Shown here: positions 27,912-38,299 of the stretch, in pieces
Layout: every line of letters starts with the position of its first letter
How positions within the stretch are numbered: the stretch's first letter is position 1
Source: Acinetobacter phage phiAB441
Direction: 5' to 3' (one strand)
DNA length: 64,000 nt
Sequence record: PV420835.1
Program-made: the position numbers and the translations under genes
The notes under the pieces: generated by a model
The model's input: only the letters and a program-made list of their open reading frames with translations
What the model was told of the DNA's origin: nothing
Database searches by the model: none

Positions 27912-28307
27912 ATGTCTACTAAGACAAAACAAGTTATTAAAACAATTAATGATCGCGCATATGTGATTAACGCCTTTCGTGGAGAGAAGGGTTGGGAATT
28001 TCTTCCTCGTGTAGCCAAATACATTTTCCCATTCATCGGATTACTTGGTGGTGGAGAAGAAATGACAGAAGAAGAAGCTGGTAAGAATCTTATGCTTTTA
28101 CTGGAAGGTGAAAACGCTAAAGAGTTATCAGCTTTGATCAAAGAATTGGTTGCTGACATTGAAGTTGGCGGTATGCGTATTAACTTCAATGAAGAGTTTG
28201 AAGAAAACTATGATGCATTATTAATTCTAACAATTGAAGTTATTAAATTAAATTACGCTAAATCTTTTCAAAGACTCGTTACGAATTTACAAAGCGTTCT
28301 AGCGTAA
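27912..28307 (+). CDS. Tail assembly chaperone (G-like)
   Basis: Acidic 131-aa protein immediately upstream of the tape measure. A -1 frame ORF opens at 28262, overlapping its 3' end. Confidence 0.5.
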   Translation: MSTKTKQVIKTINDRAYVINAFRGEKGWEFLPRVAKYIFPFIGLLGGGEEMTEEEAGKNLMLLLEGENAKELSALIKELVADIEVGGMRINFNEEFEENYDALLILTIEVIKLNYAKSFQRLVTNLQSVLA

Positions 28308-28552
28308 GTGAATCGTCAACGAGGGTAAATAAAGCAGAAATAGAGAAGATTGAAAAGACCTTCTCTATGCCTTTAGCTTGGATTTCCATTCTTGATAATG
28401 CAGAAACAGATTATGTATCTACATTACAAAAGCTCAAGTATGAATTAACCGTTGATGATGTTTACGATCTTTTAGAATATCTTGAGTACAAGAAGTGGAA
28501 AAATCACGAAGAAATGTTAGCACAGCAAGAACAACATAATAATAAAAGGTAG
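28262..28552 (+). CDS. Possible -1 frameshift extension of the tail chaperone (GT-like). ATG at 28367 is the alternative independent start.
   Basis: Frame open from 28262 (checked by hand). No RBS before ATG 28367. Typical G/GT or P2 E/E' arrangement. Confidence 0.35.
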   Translation: MFSKTRYEFTKRSSVSESSTRVNKAEIEKIEKTFSMPLAWISILDNAETDYVSTLQKLKYELTVDDVYDLLEYLEYKKWKNHEEMLAQQEQHNNKR

Positions 28553-28557
28553 ATAGA

Positions 28558-30606
28558 ATGCAGATAGCAAGTTTATTCGCATCATTAGGGTTTAAAGTAG
28601 ACACTAAAGGGTTAGATGCATTCCAATCTAAGCTTCGTGAAGTTCGTGGTGATACAGCACTATTTGCGCGTAATGCTAGGGCTTTAGCTGCTAACCTACG
28701 TAGTATGTCATCTGGATTAGACGGTGTTACTACTCGACTTGATAAGCTTTCATTGAAAAGAGCAAATGCTAATATTTCTGAAAGTTATACTGAAGTTGCA
28801 AAATCTGTTGCTCGTGTACATAATGCTTTAAATGGAATTGCAAACAATCAGAAACGAATTACATTAAGTTTAGGGAAAATTCATTCATCAGTTAAAGCTG
28901 GTGAACCTATTTGGGACAAATACAAACAGTCTGTTCTAGAAACTAAAGCTGCATTACTTCAAGTTAATGGTCAGATGCAACAGCTTAGAAAAAACTCTAG
29001 TGTTGGTGTAAGAACAAGTGGAACGGGTGGTGGCAGTGGAGGAGGTTCTACAGGTGGAAGACCACGATCTTCATTCGGGATGTCTTTAGGTGGTAGTGAA
29101 GGATTATTAGCTGGTGGTGGTTTCTTTAGAGCCATGCTCCCTGCTGTAGCTACTGCTGGTGGTTTACCTACTCTTGGTTATGCTGTAGCTAAAGTTGTTG
29201 AACAAGGACGAGAAGTTCAGAAGATGGACATCGTTCTTAAAATGGCTTCATCAAGTGCAGAAGAGTTTGGTAGAAACTTAGAGTTTGTTAGAAAGACAGC
29301 ACAAGAAGTTGGTGTTGATGTAACAGAGTTTGGTCAAGCATACGCTAAGATGCTTCAAGCAACCAAAGATGTTAAAGGTCTTGGTCTTGAAGATAAAGAG
29401 AAAATGTTTAGAGACTTATCAATTTACATGCGTACAATTGGTAGTTCTGCTGATGATCAGCAAGGTATCTTCCGTGCATTAACACAAATGTTCACTAAAG
29501 GTAAAGTTCAAGCTGAAGAACTTTTACAGATGGCAGAACGTGGTGTCCCTGCTGCTATTGAGATTAAGAAAGCTGCAATCGAAGGTCTGAAAATGACTGA
29601 GAAGCAGTTTGAATTAGCTCAGAAGAAAGGTGAGCTTGATCCAGCAAAACTTCTCCCTATTATGTCTGCTAATTTAGCTAAGTTAGCTCAAGATAGTGGT
29701 GCATATGAGAAAGCACTACAAACATCTGCAACAGCACAACAACGCTTTAAGAATGAATTAAAACTTCTATCTGATGAAATCTTACAAGGTGGTTTAGATC
29801 AAGGTCTTAAAAACTTATTTGAAAACTTAACCGATTTAATCAAAGTTACCAAAGAAGGTATTCAGTGGTTAAAAGGATTTAAGAAAGGTTTAGATGAAGT
29901 TAGTGGTGGTAATTCAGGGTTAATTCTTAGTCTTGCTGCACTTTCATTAGTTTTATTAAGATTCAGAAAACCAATCATGATTCTTTGGCAATCATTCAAG
30001 CTTGTTAGAGTAATGGGCGGTGGTTTATCAACATTCTTTAGTGGGACATTTATTAAGAGTATTCTTAGACTTGGTGGTAAGTTATTCTGGTTAGTTACAG
30101 CATTTGAAGCTGTTATAGCCATTGGTAACGCTTTAAATAAAGAAGCCGAAGGAACTCCAACATGGATTAGTTGGTGGATTCTTAACTTAGAGACACTTTA
30201 TGTAAACGTTGTTTATTATATTGCTAAGATGCGATATGAGTGGGCTAAGTTCACTAATGATATGAGCAATAATGCTAAGTTATCTTTCTTTGGTGGTGAG
30301 TTGGAATCTGATAGGATTTTAAATAAAGCCTATAACAAGGGCAACAAACAAATACCTTCTGGCTCTCCAGATACTTCAGATAAAGTTCAAGGCGGTGCAT
30401 ATGCTTTACTTGAAGCCCTCAAGTATTTAAGAAATGAAGTAACTAGTGGTCGTTTAGGCAGAATTAGTTATGAGCCTTCTCAAATGAGCAATCAAGGAAG
30501 ATTAGGTTACATTGAGATCATGCAAGATGGTAAGAGTGTTGGAAGATTGGATTTAGATTCTGCTGGTAATAACCACGCTAAAATAACATCGGGGACATAC
30601 TTTTGA
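28558..30606 (+). CDS. Tail tape measure protein
   Basis: 682 aa, alpha-helical Ala/Gln/Lys-rich N-terminal half, Gly-rich block GGGSGGGSTGG, hydrophobic segments in the C-terminal third. Position after chaperones. Confidence 0.75.
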   Translation: MQIASLFASLGFKVDTKGLDAFQSKLREVRGDTALFARNARALAANLRSMSSGLDGVTTRLDKLSLKRANANISESYTEVAKSVARVHNALNGIANNQKRITLSLGKIHSSVKAGEPIWDKYKQSVLETKAALLQVNGQMQQLRKNSSVGVRTSGTGGGSGGGSTGGRPRSSFGMSLGGSEGLLAGGGFFRAMLPAVATAGGLPTLGYAVAKVVEQGREVQKMDIVLKMASSSAEEFGRNLEFVRKTAQEVGVDVTEFGQAYAKMLQATKDVKGLGLEDKEKMFRDLSIYMRTIGSSADDQQGIFRALTQMFTKGKVQAEELLQMAERGVPAAIEIKKAAIEGLKMTEKQFELAQKKGELDPAKLLPIMSANLAKLAQDSGAYEKALQTSATAQQRFKNELKLLSDEILQGGLDQGLKNLFENLTDLIKVTKEGIQWLKGFKKGLDEVSGGNSGLILSLAALSLVLLRFRKPIMILWQSFKLVRVMGGGLSTFFSGTFIKSILRLGGKLFWLVTAFEAVIAIGNALNKEAEGTPTWISWWILNLETLYVNVVYYIAKMRYEWAKFTNDMSNNAKLSFFGGELESDRILNKAYNKGNKQIPSGSPDTSDKVQGGAYALLEALKYLRNEVTSGRLGRISYEPSQMSNQGRLGYIEIMQDGKSVGRLDLDSAGNNHAKITSGTYF

Positions 30607-31457
30607 TATACACATTAATCATTAAAAACTCAGATGGACAAACCTCTTCGGTTATTTCATTTAGCTCTGTTCGATCTTTCTCTGAATCATTAGGTGCTAC
30701 TACAACAGATAATGTTGTTGAATATGGATTCCCTGTTTCTGATCACATGTTAGTTAGTAATATTACATTTGACTTGGATGTGATTGTTACAGGTTTTTCA
30801 GTGTTTGATGAAAATCTAGAATTATTTTGGAATGGTTCTGATTTTACAACAAATTCACTAGATCAACTGACCACACAGAATGCACACTTATTAATGAGAA
30901 AACAATTAAAGGATTTGATTCTTAATCGTATTGTTTTCTCATTACTTATCACAGAAGATAATTCTTTTGTTCAAGATATTAATACCAAAGAAGCACAATT
31001 ACGTAAGAGTATTGTTGATGAGTATGTAAACTGTGTTTGTACAAATTTAACATTATCTGAGTCTGAAGCGACAACTGGTGCTATATTTGCTAAATTGAAT
31101 ATTAAGCAAATTAGATCAGCATTGGTTAAAACAAGAGAATTAGAGCAAGGTGAAAGAGTAAGACAAATTGATCGTATTGCTCCAACACCAACAGTATCTT
31201 CACAGAATTCTTCTGATGTAAGTAAAGGTGTTGATTCAGATGGTAATGCTGACCTATCTAAAGAAACTAAAGGTATCTTAGATGGTGAGAAGCAAGGTAA
31301 ATTACCTAAGTCTGCTGAAACAGGGTTATCTCAAGCTGAGATTAACAGAAGACAAGTTGAGTCTAATGCTATTGCTACAGGACATATTCAAAACAAACAA
31401 AGGTTAGCCGAAGCAGCTAGATTGGATGCAAAAAGAGAAGCTGGAGATTTTAGATGA
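30603..31457 (+). CDS. Tail protein (DNA-circulation or gpU-like position)
   Basis: Synteny with Mu/P2-type modules. Confidence 0.35.
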   Translation: MIYTLIIKNSDGQTSSVISFSSVRSFSESLGATTTDNVVEYGFPVSDHMLVSNITFDLDVIVTGFSVFDENLELFWNGSDFTTNSLDQLTTQNAHLLMRKQLKDLILNRIVFSLLITEDNSFVQDINTKEAQLRKSIVDEYVNCVCTNLTLSESEATTGAIFAKLNIKQIRSALVKTRELEQGERVRQIDRIAPTPTVSSQNSSDVSKGVDSDGNADLSKETKGILDGEKQGKLPKSAETGLSQAEINRRQVESNAIATGHIQNKQRLAEAARLDAKREAGDFR

Positions 31458-31846
31458 TTACAGACAATACTGATATTTGGTACATCATTAAACTCTCCTT
31501 ATTTAATAATACTAATTACTATAATGACATCATAATTGATGGTATCTCTTGTCGATTTACTTTTGAATATAATGAAAGATTAGGGACTCGATACCTATCT
31601 ATTGTTACTGCTTCTGGAACTGTGCTTTTAAGTAAAACACCTCTATTTGAAGATAACGAAATATATTTAGATAATAATGCTGATCTTATTGGTATTCATG
31701 ATTGTTTCCTTAAATTAGTTAAACTTGATCAAATGATTGAGAGTGACTTATTAAACTGGCAAGACAATTACATTATTTTTATTAAAGGTGTTTATGATGA
31801 CATCTACAATGACTATATGAATTTTACTAAATCATTAGTCGTTTAA
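31454..31846 (+). CDS. Hypothetical tail protein
   Basis: ORF track. Confidence 0.35.
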   Translation: MITDNTDIWYIIKLSLFNNTNYYNDIIIDGISCRFTFEYNERLGTRYLSIVTASGTVLLSKTPLFEDNEIYLDNNADLIGIHDCFLKLVKLDQMIESDLLNWQDNYIIFIKGVYDDIYNDYMNFTKSLVV

Positions 31847-31855
31847 GGAGGGAAT

Positions 31856-33169
31856 GTGGCAGACATTAAGGGCTTTCAAATCGGAAGATTGCTTGAAGTC
31901 AATATTTATAATTATAATAGTAATGAGGTTGTCACATTCTCAGGTTTTGATATTGAATGTGAATTCTATAAAACAGATGATGCTGTAAATGAAGCTTCGA
32001 TTGGTAAAGTTGCAATTTACAACATGACAGATGAAACATTCAATAAAATTAACATCACAGGATGTGAGTTAGAAGTTAAATTCGGTTATGAAGCTACAGA
32101 AGCTAAAGCTCAAAGATTATTCTTAGCTTTTGTAACTGCTGTTGATAGACATATTGATGGTAGTAACGTTATTACAGTATTTCAAGTATCTCTTAATTTT
32201 AAGGAATATAACTTCACACCAATTACAGTTTCAAAAAAAGAAAAAACTATAGGTTCAATCATCACACAAGTTGGTGAATTCTACGATGCTGTTTTTAAGA
32301 TTGATTTAGGAAATATTCCAAAAGAGCAACAAAGTAAGGTTACAGAATATATTACAACTGGTTTAATTCCAAAGTTCACATTCAATGGAACATTAGATGA
32401 ATTCTTAAAAAGAATTAATAATGATTTCGGTTTAACAAATCATAATGTAAGTGAAGATATTAAAGGAAGTAAAAATAAATTAGTTAAAGAATTAATTTTT
32501 ACATTCAGAGATAATTACGTTCCTATTATTATCAATAAAGTTAACAAACCTTTTGCAAAAATCAAAGAACAACAAGAATTAGATATCTTGTTCCAAAGAG
32601 ATACTTCGGATGTTGTTACAATATTGAATCACGATACAGGGTTATTAGGAACACCACAAGTTGAATATAAAATTCAGCGTGTTTCTGAATATTGGAATTT
32701 TGCTGAAACTGATCAACAGACATTTGAATCTCAGGTAAGGCAACAAGACAGGAATATTCGAGAAGCACAAGCTTCTATAAAAAGAGCCGAACGAGAAGCT
32801 AAAGCTAGAGAAAAAGGTAAAACACTAAAGCCTAGAAAACCTAGAAAAGCTGGAACAATTTCTGTAAGAAGAAAATACTTAAAAGCTAGGGCTTTACCAA
32901 ATCCAGCAGTAAGACCTTTAAGTATCATTGAAATACAATCTAAAATTAAAGAAAATAGTGGATTGTATCGTGTACGAGGTGTTCATTTTAGTGTTAACAA
33001 CTTTAAGCAAGATGTCTATATGGAAATGACATTAGAAAGTGTTGATACAGAAGATAAAGTTGTTTATGTTGATCCAACAACAGAAAATGATTTCGAAATG
33101 AATGGTAGCTTAGGTTATGACATCTCTGTTGGTAGTGAAAGTGATATCGAAACAGGAGGTATCGAATAA
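31856..33169 (+). CDS. Baseplate hub-like protein (Mu gpP / P2 gpD position)
   Basis: Size and synteny. Confidence 0.4.
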   Translation: MADIKGFQIGRLLEVNIYNYNSNEVVTFSGFDIECEFYKTDDAVNEASIGKVAIYNMTDETFNKINITGCELEVKFGYEATEAKAQRLFLAFVTAVDRHIDGSNVITVFQVSLNFKEYNFTPITVSKKEKTIGSIITQVGEFYDAVFKIDLGNIPKEQQSKVTEYITTGLIPKFTFNGTLDEFLKRINNDFGLTNHNVSEDIKGSKNKLVKELIFTFRDNYVPIIINKVNKPFAKIKEQQELDILFQRDTSDVVTILNHDTGLLGTPQVEYKIQRVSEYWNFAETDQQTFESQVRQQDRNIREAQASIKRAEREAKAREKGKTLKPRKPRKAGTISVRRKYLKARALPNPAVRPLSIIEIQSKIKENSGLYRVRGVHFSVNNFKQDVYMEMTLESVDTEDKVVYVDPTTENDFEMNGSLGYDISVGSESDIETGGIE

Positions 33170-33891
33170 TGAGAGATTTAGCTCCTATTATTAAAAATAT
33201 TTCAATGAATGAAATGAAGTCTCTTAATTTTTGTATGCCTGCTGTAGTGATTGGTATTGATCGAATAAAAGATGGATTAATTGATGTTGCTCCAGTTATC
33301 GATAAGTTCACTTCAACACTAGGTTACACTGAGTATGAACCAATACATGATGTCCCAATCATCACTCCTAATACGTCTACAACGTCCATACAGGTTCCTA
33401 TCAATCAAGGTGATGGTGTACTACTACTTTTCACTCAAAGTGACCCTAGTGAGTTTATACAGGGTTTAAAAGATGCTCATGAGCCTAACACAAACTCATT
33501 TCTTTCTTTAGACAATGCTGTTGCTTTAGTTGGGTTTAATCCATACCAAGAATCTGTTTACAACAATAACAATTATAAAAACGAATTAGACAACACAGCT
33601 TTAAATATTGTTCACAATAAAAATACAGAAAATGAAGTTATGATGTCATTTAAGTCAGATGGAACTATGAGTCTCATTTGTAATAAAGTGAATGTATCAT
33701 GTCAGCAAGCTGATGTAAAAGCAGAGACAGTTAACGTTGATTCAAGTCTTATTGATGCCAAAAACTCATTAATTAAAACGGATAATGATGTATCTATTAA
33801 AGGTAAATCTGTTTACACATTTATGACAACACATACACATGGTGGTGTTATGAGTGGTGGAAGTAACACAGCACCCCCTAATCCACTATAA
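33169..33891 (+). CDS. Baseplate spike (gpV/gp45-like position)
   Basis: Size and synteny directly upstream of the gp25-like gene. Confidence 0.4.
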   Translation: MRDLAPIIKNISMNEMKSLNFCMPAVVIGIDRIKDGLIDVAPVIDKFTSTLGYTEYEPIHDVPIITPNTSTTSIQVPINQGDGVLLLFTQSDPSEFIQGLKDAHEPNTNSFLSLDNAVALVGFNPYQESVYNNNNYKNELDNTALNIVHNKNTENEVMMSFKSDGTMSLICNKVNVSCQQADVKAETVNVDSSLIDAKNSLIKTDNDVSIKGKSVYTFMTTHTHGGVMSGGSNTAPPNPL

Positions 33892-33903
33892 CAAGGAAAT
33901 AAT

Positions 33904-34320
33904 ATGGACTTCTTCTTAGATCAAAACACAAAAGACCTTGTTTTAGTAGATGGTGATTTTAAAATTATTACAACACAGCAAGAACAGTTAATGCAACGCT
34001 TATTCATTAGATTAAAAACGTTTGCGAGAGATTTGTTCTGGAATCCTTCTTACGGTATTGATTACTTAAACAAGGTTTATGGCTTAAATAGAAATAAAAA
34101 TACAGTTGATGCTTTACTGTTAAGTGAAATTCAAAAAGAAGAAATGGTTGAGTCAGTGACTTCTTTTGAATCTGAAATACAGAATTACAAATATGGATGT
34201 AAGTTTTCAGTTAGATTACTTTCTGTTGATATTCCAATAATTTTCTACACTTTGGTTACTGAAAACGGATTAACACTCACAGATGAGAACGGAAATATTC
34301 TCACTGCTCAATTAGCTTAG
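33904..34320 (+). CDS. Baseplate wedge protein, gp25/GPW-like
   Basis: N-terminal pattern DFFLDQNTKDLVLVDGDFKII-T...L-QRLFIRLKTFARDLFWNPSYGIDYL matches the GPW/gp25 family signature. Confidence 0.65.
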   Translation: MDFFLDQNTKDLVLVDGDFKIITTQQEQLMQRLFIRLKTFARDLFWNPSYGIDYLNKVYGLNRNKNTVDALLLSEIQKEEMVESVTSFESEIQNYKYGCKFSVRLLSVDIPIIFYTLVTENGLTLTDENGNILTAQLA

Positions 34321-34328
34321 GAGAAATA

Positions 34329-35783
34329 ATGACTATATCGTTTAGTGAGACAGGGATTGTTGTCGACACACAAGAACAAATCAGAAACCAGATGGCAGAA
34401 AATGCCAAAACAAACTTAGCACCATTTCTAGGGCAAACAGAATTAAAAACAGATGATTCTAGTGTTATTGGTAGGCACTTAGCAACTGTAGCAAGACCAG
34501 CAGCACAGAACGCTGAATTACTACAACCAATATTAGATCAATTCGATCTTAATAAAGCACAAGGTGTTCAGTTAGATAATATTTTGTGGAGAATTCATCG
34601 CATAAAACGGAAAGGACTATCCCAAGCAGAAGGCTTATTAATATTGTTTGGTGATCTTGGTACAGTTGTTGCAGAAGGTAGTGAAGTATCTAATAGTAAA
34701 ACAGGTGATGTATATTCTATAAATAATGATGTCACTTTTAATGAAAATGATTGTAACGGTATTGAGATTGTAATTAGTTCTGTTGGTGGAACATACACAA
34801 TAAATTATTCTGTAAATGGTTACTTATCAGAATCACCAAGTGTTGTCGTAACTACAGGCGTTAATGATACTACAATCCAACAAATTGCAGATCGTATTGT
34901 AGATGCTGTTAATTCACAAACATCGTATTTAACTGCTTCTAGAAATAATGATAACAGTGTAAAAATTATTATTACAGATCAGAACAACACAGGTGATTTC
35001 TCAGTAACAGGAAGTATGTCAATCGTAAGAGCCTACAAACCTGTTTATGCAACTTCACAAACATACCAAGCTGCTGAGAGTAACATTGGTGATGTGTCTA
35101 TTGTGAGAACAACTGTTCTAGGTTGGAGAGGTGTTACCAATCCTTTTGTTATTGCAGCATCACAGGGTGTTGAAGAAGACCCCGATTATCGTTACAGAGG
35201 GAATCTGATTAAAGGTAATACTAACACATCTTCTCGTAATTCTCTACTTGCAAGAATTGAAGCTGTTCGTGGGGTAAGTTTTTTAAGTATTCAAGCTAAC
35301 AACACCCCAAATCCAACAGGATCGGGAATCATCAATAATGGATTAGCAATCACTGTTCAAGGTGGTAATGAAGATGATATTGCAATAGCCATTGCTGATG
35401 CTATCGCAGATGGAATTGAAACGTCTGGAACAATTACAAAAATCACTAAAGATAAAAATGGTGGTGACAAGATTGTTCGCTTTTCAAGACCACAGACTGT
35501 TCCGTTGAAGATTTCAATGTCTATTACTATTGCTCCAAACTTCCCTACAAATGGTAAGAATTTAATTAAACAAGCTATTGTGGATTGGTTTAATGAATTG
35601 AATGTTGGTGATGATGTTTACTATTCTCGTTTATATGAGCCAATCAACTCAATTTCTGGATTTAGTGTTCGTAATTTAAAGATTGGTAAATTAGACGGTA
35701 GTTATGTGACAGACGATATTGTTCTTGGACACAATGAAGTAGCAACTATTAGTGCAGAGAATATATTCATTGGTGGTAGTTAA
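34329..35783 (+). CDS. Baseplate J-like protein
   Basis: Size and position directly after the gp25-like gene. Confidence 0.5.
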   Translation: MTISFSETGIVVDTQEQIRNQMAENAKTNLAPFLGQTELKTDDSSVIGRHLATVARPAAQNAELLQPILDQFDLNKAQGVQLDNILWRIHRIKRKGLSQAEGLLILFGDLGTVVAEGSEVSNSKTGDVYSINNDVTFNENDCNGIEIVISSVGGTYTINYSVNGYLSESPSVVVTTGVNDTTIQQIADRIVDAVNSQTSYLTASRNNDNSVKIIITDQNNTGDFSVTGSMSIVRAYKPVYATSQTYQAAESNIGDVSIVRTTVLGWRGVTNPFVIAASQGVEEDPDYRYRGNLIKGNTNTSSRNSLLARIEAVRGVSFLSIQANNTPNPTGSGIINNGLAITVQGGNEDDIAIAIADAIADGIETSGTITKITKDKNGGDKIVRFSRPQTVPLKISMSITIAPNFPTNGKNLIKQAIVDWFNELNVGDDVYYSRLYEPINSISGFSVRNLKIGKLDGSYVTDDIVLGHNEVATISAENIFIGGS

Positions 35784-35793
35784 GGATTAACTT

Positions 35794-36417
35794 ATGACTA
35801 TATTAAACAAAGATTATGTTACTGAAGCAAGAGAAGGTAGCTCTTCTCTTCTTAATCAGAGTCCGATATATCAAGCATTCTTATCTGCAATTATTGAATA
35901 TTATGATGAACAGGAAAAGGATTTAATTTGGTTATCTGAAAATCTATTAAACGAAGATGTTGCAGAAAAGTGGCATTTAGATTTTATTGGGATGATTGTT
36001 GGACAACCAAGATTACTTGTTTCATTTAATACAGAACCTTACTTCGGATTCGAAGGAAGCTATCAATCAGAGACTTTCTCAACAGCTTCTAATCCTGAAC
36101 TTGGTGGTTATTGGAACGGGATGGATACTTTCAACACAGCATCAGCTAGACGATTGAATGATGAAGAATATCGAAGAGTTATAAAAGCAAGGGTTATTTT
36201 CAACAATAGTTTTTGTACGAGAAATGACTTGTTAAATGTAATTAATTTATTAACAGGTAATACATCTGCATCAATTACACAACCTAGTCATGGTTTATTA
36301 AAGATCAGAGCTATAGACACACAAGGATTGTTATCTTATTTCATGTCAAGAATAGATTTAGATGACAACATCCTACCTATTGCTCTAGGTGTTAGAGCAG
36401 AACAAGTGGAGGTATAA
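35794..36417 (+). CDS. Baseplate protein (gpI-like position)
   Basis: Synteny. Confidence 0.4.
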   Translation: MTILNKDYVTEAREGSSSLLNQSPIYQAFLSAIIEYYDEQEKDLIWLSENLLNEDVAEKWHLDFIGMIVGQPRLLVSFNTEPYFGFEGSYQSETFSTASNPELGGYWNGMDTFNTASARRLNDEEYRRVIKARVIFNNSFCTRNDLLNVINLLTGNTSASITQPSHGLLKIRAIDTQGLLSYFMSRIDLDDNILPIALGVRAEQVEV

Positions 36418-37582
36418 AATGTCTGTAGTTAGCAGACCAGATTATTCAGTTGGTGTATGGGCATCAAATGGTAATATTGCAGCACCAACATCTGAAAAAA
36501 TTGAGATTGGACACATTGTAGAAAAACCTCTCAAAGAGGTGATGAATTGGATTCAAAACAGACAAGATCGCGGTATTGTCTATTTAATGCAACAAGGTAT
36601 TTCTGATTGGGTTTCAACAGAAACTTATCCTTTAAACGGTTACGTAAAAAGAAATGGTGTTATTTACAAAGCATTATCTCAAAATGAAGATCGTGACCCA
36701 CTAACAAATACTGACATTTGGCGACAAGCCTTTGATACTTTTGGAAGTGCTGCAACTGTTCAATTAGAAGTAGATAACATTAAGAATGAAGATGGATATT
36801 TATCTTTCTATATACAAAAGTCAAACCCATCAGCAACCGTTAGGTTTGATGGTGTAGCTTATTCTGCATCACAAGGTTTCCCAAACTCTACTTCTGATGA
36901 ATATGGGTATGTATTTAAGAATGCAGAAACATCTGGTTTATTCTACACAACATCACCAGTTATTGCACATGAAGGTCAAGAGATTGTTAAGTTTGAAAAA
37001 CCAGAAAACTTGGCAGACAAATCAAACAAAGCTGCTACAACTGAATGGGTTCAAAATCTCCTAGCTCAGATGATGGATTCTATTGTTCCTGTTGGAGCAA
37101 TTATTGAGTACACTAATGAAGTAGTTCCAAGCGATAACTTCATGTATGCACACGGACAGGCTGTTAGTCGTACATTATATCCTACATTATTTGCCAGAAT
37201 TGGAACACGATATGGTGCTGGTGACGGAAGTACAACATTTAATTTACCAGATAAACGAGGGTTGTTCACTCGCGAATGGGATAACGGTAAAGGTATTGAT
37301 GCTGGTCGTGTATTAGGTACAGTTCAACAAGACACTGTTGAAAAACACAAACATATCCAATCACTAGGTGAAGCATACGATACTGCTGGTATTTTCGGAA
37401 AATCAACAGCAAAAGGTTATCAAGGAAGTCAGGGTGGTTTAGATAACGACAACTATCTTTGGTATACGAATGATGGTGGAGTTTATCAAGGAACAGACCC
37501 AAATTCAGAAAATCCTAATGTAATGGGTAATGAAACAAGACCCAAAAACATTGCAATGGTTTCTTTAATTCGTGTTAAATAG
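36389..37582 (+). CDS. Tail fibre protein with C-terminal phage tail-collar domain
   Basis: Motif AHGQAVSRTLYPTLFARIGTRYGAGDGSTTFNLPDKRGLFTR matches the Tail_Collar domain consensus. Confidence 0.75.
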   Translation: MLEQNKWRYKMSVVSRPDYSVGVWASNGNIAAPTSEKIEIGHIVEKPLKEVMNWIQNRQDRGIVYLMQQGISDWVSTETYPLNGYVKRNGVIYKALSQNEDRDPLTNTDIWRQAFDTFGSAATVQLEVDNIKNEDGYLSFYIQKSNPSATVRFDGVAYSASQGFPNSTSDEYGYVFKNAETSGLFYTTSPVIAHEGQEIVKFEKPENLADKSNKAATTEWVQNLLAQMMDSIVPVGAIIEYTNEVVPSDNFMYAHGQAVSRTLYPTLFARIGTRYGAGDGSTTFNLPDKRGLFTREWDNGKGIDAGRVLGTVQQDTVEKHKHIQSLGEAYDTAGIFGKSTAKGYQGSQGGLDNDNYLWYTNDGGVYQGTDPNSENPNVMGNETRPKNIAMVSLIRVK

Positions 37583-37592
37583 GGGAAGATAA

Positions 37593-37991
37593 GTGGAAGG
37601 CACAAGCACCACATCTATTATAGGTCTACTAAAGTTTTTGTACCCTTCCTTAATCGGAAGTGCTTTAGCAGTATGGTATAAAAGAAATGATGTAAAATGG
37701 AAGGAGAAAACTTTAGGTGAGAAAATATTTTATAGTGTAGTAGGTATTGGTGCAATTGTTGTTGGTGTCTCTATCGGCTTAGCACTTGGAAATGCTCTTA
37801 TTATCTACTTTGGACTTGTTGAATATTGGTACTGCTTTGGTGTTTATATGTTCTCAAGTCTATCATCACTAAAACTATTAGATGCTGTTGTAAAAAATAG
37901 TGATGAAATACTATCAACTGTTTTTTCTGGTGTCAAGGATGTCGTAAAAACCTTCTTTGATACCTTGACATCTAGGTGGAAAAATAAATGA
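37593..37991 (+). CDS. Putative holin (3 TM)
   Basis: Hydrophobic helices. Position directly upstream of the endolysin. Confidence 0.5.
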   Translation: MEGTSTTSIIGLLKFLYPSLIGSALAVWYKRNDVKWKEKTLGEKIFYSVVGIGAIVVGVSIGLALGNALIIYFGLVEYWYCFGVYMFSSLSSLKLLDAVVKNSDEILSTVFSGVKDVVKTFFDTLTSRWKNK

Positions 37992-38299
37992 TTATTTATA
38001 TCGCTCTAATACAACTACTCCTTTTAATTAATACAATTATAATTTTCATATGTGAACATAGTCCACTTTGGGCTAACACATGGAAAAGTATACTCATTCG
38101 ATTCATTGTAGCAATCATCCTTTTAGTAATTGGTAACTATGTTCCATTACTTACCTTGTTACCTTATTGGATTACATTTGCTGCTTTCTTCTTATCAATT
38201 GTAACCACTGCAATGCTTATCAAATATGTAATGGTTGAATACTTTGAACGTGTAAGAAGAGTTTCAAGATTAAGGAGAAGAAAAAGAAATGAAGATTAA
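37988..38299 (+). CDS. Membrane protein with highly basic C-terminus (holin or antiholin candidate)
   Basis: 3 TM helices and an RVRRVSRLRRRKRNED tail. Overlaps the start of the endolysin. Confidence 0.45.
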   Translation: MIIYIALIQLLLLINTIIIFICEHSPLWANTWKSILIRFIVAIILLVIGNYVPLLTLLPYWITFAAFFLSIVTTAMLIKYVMVEYFERVRRVSRLRRRKRNED

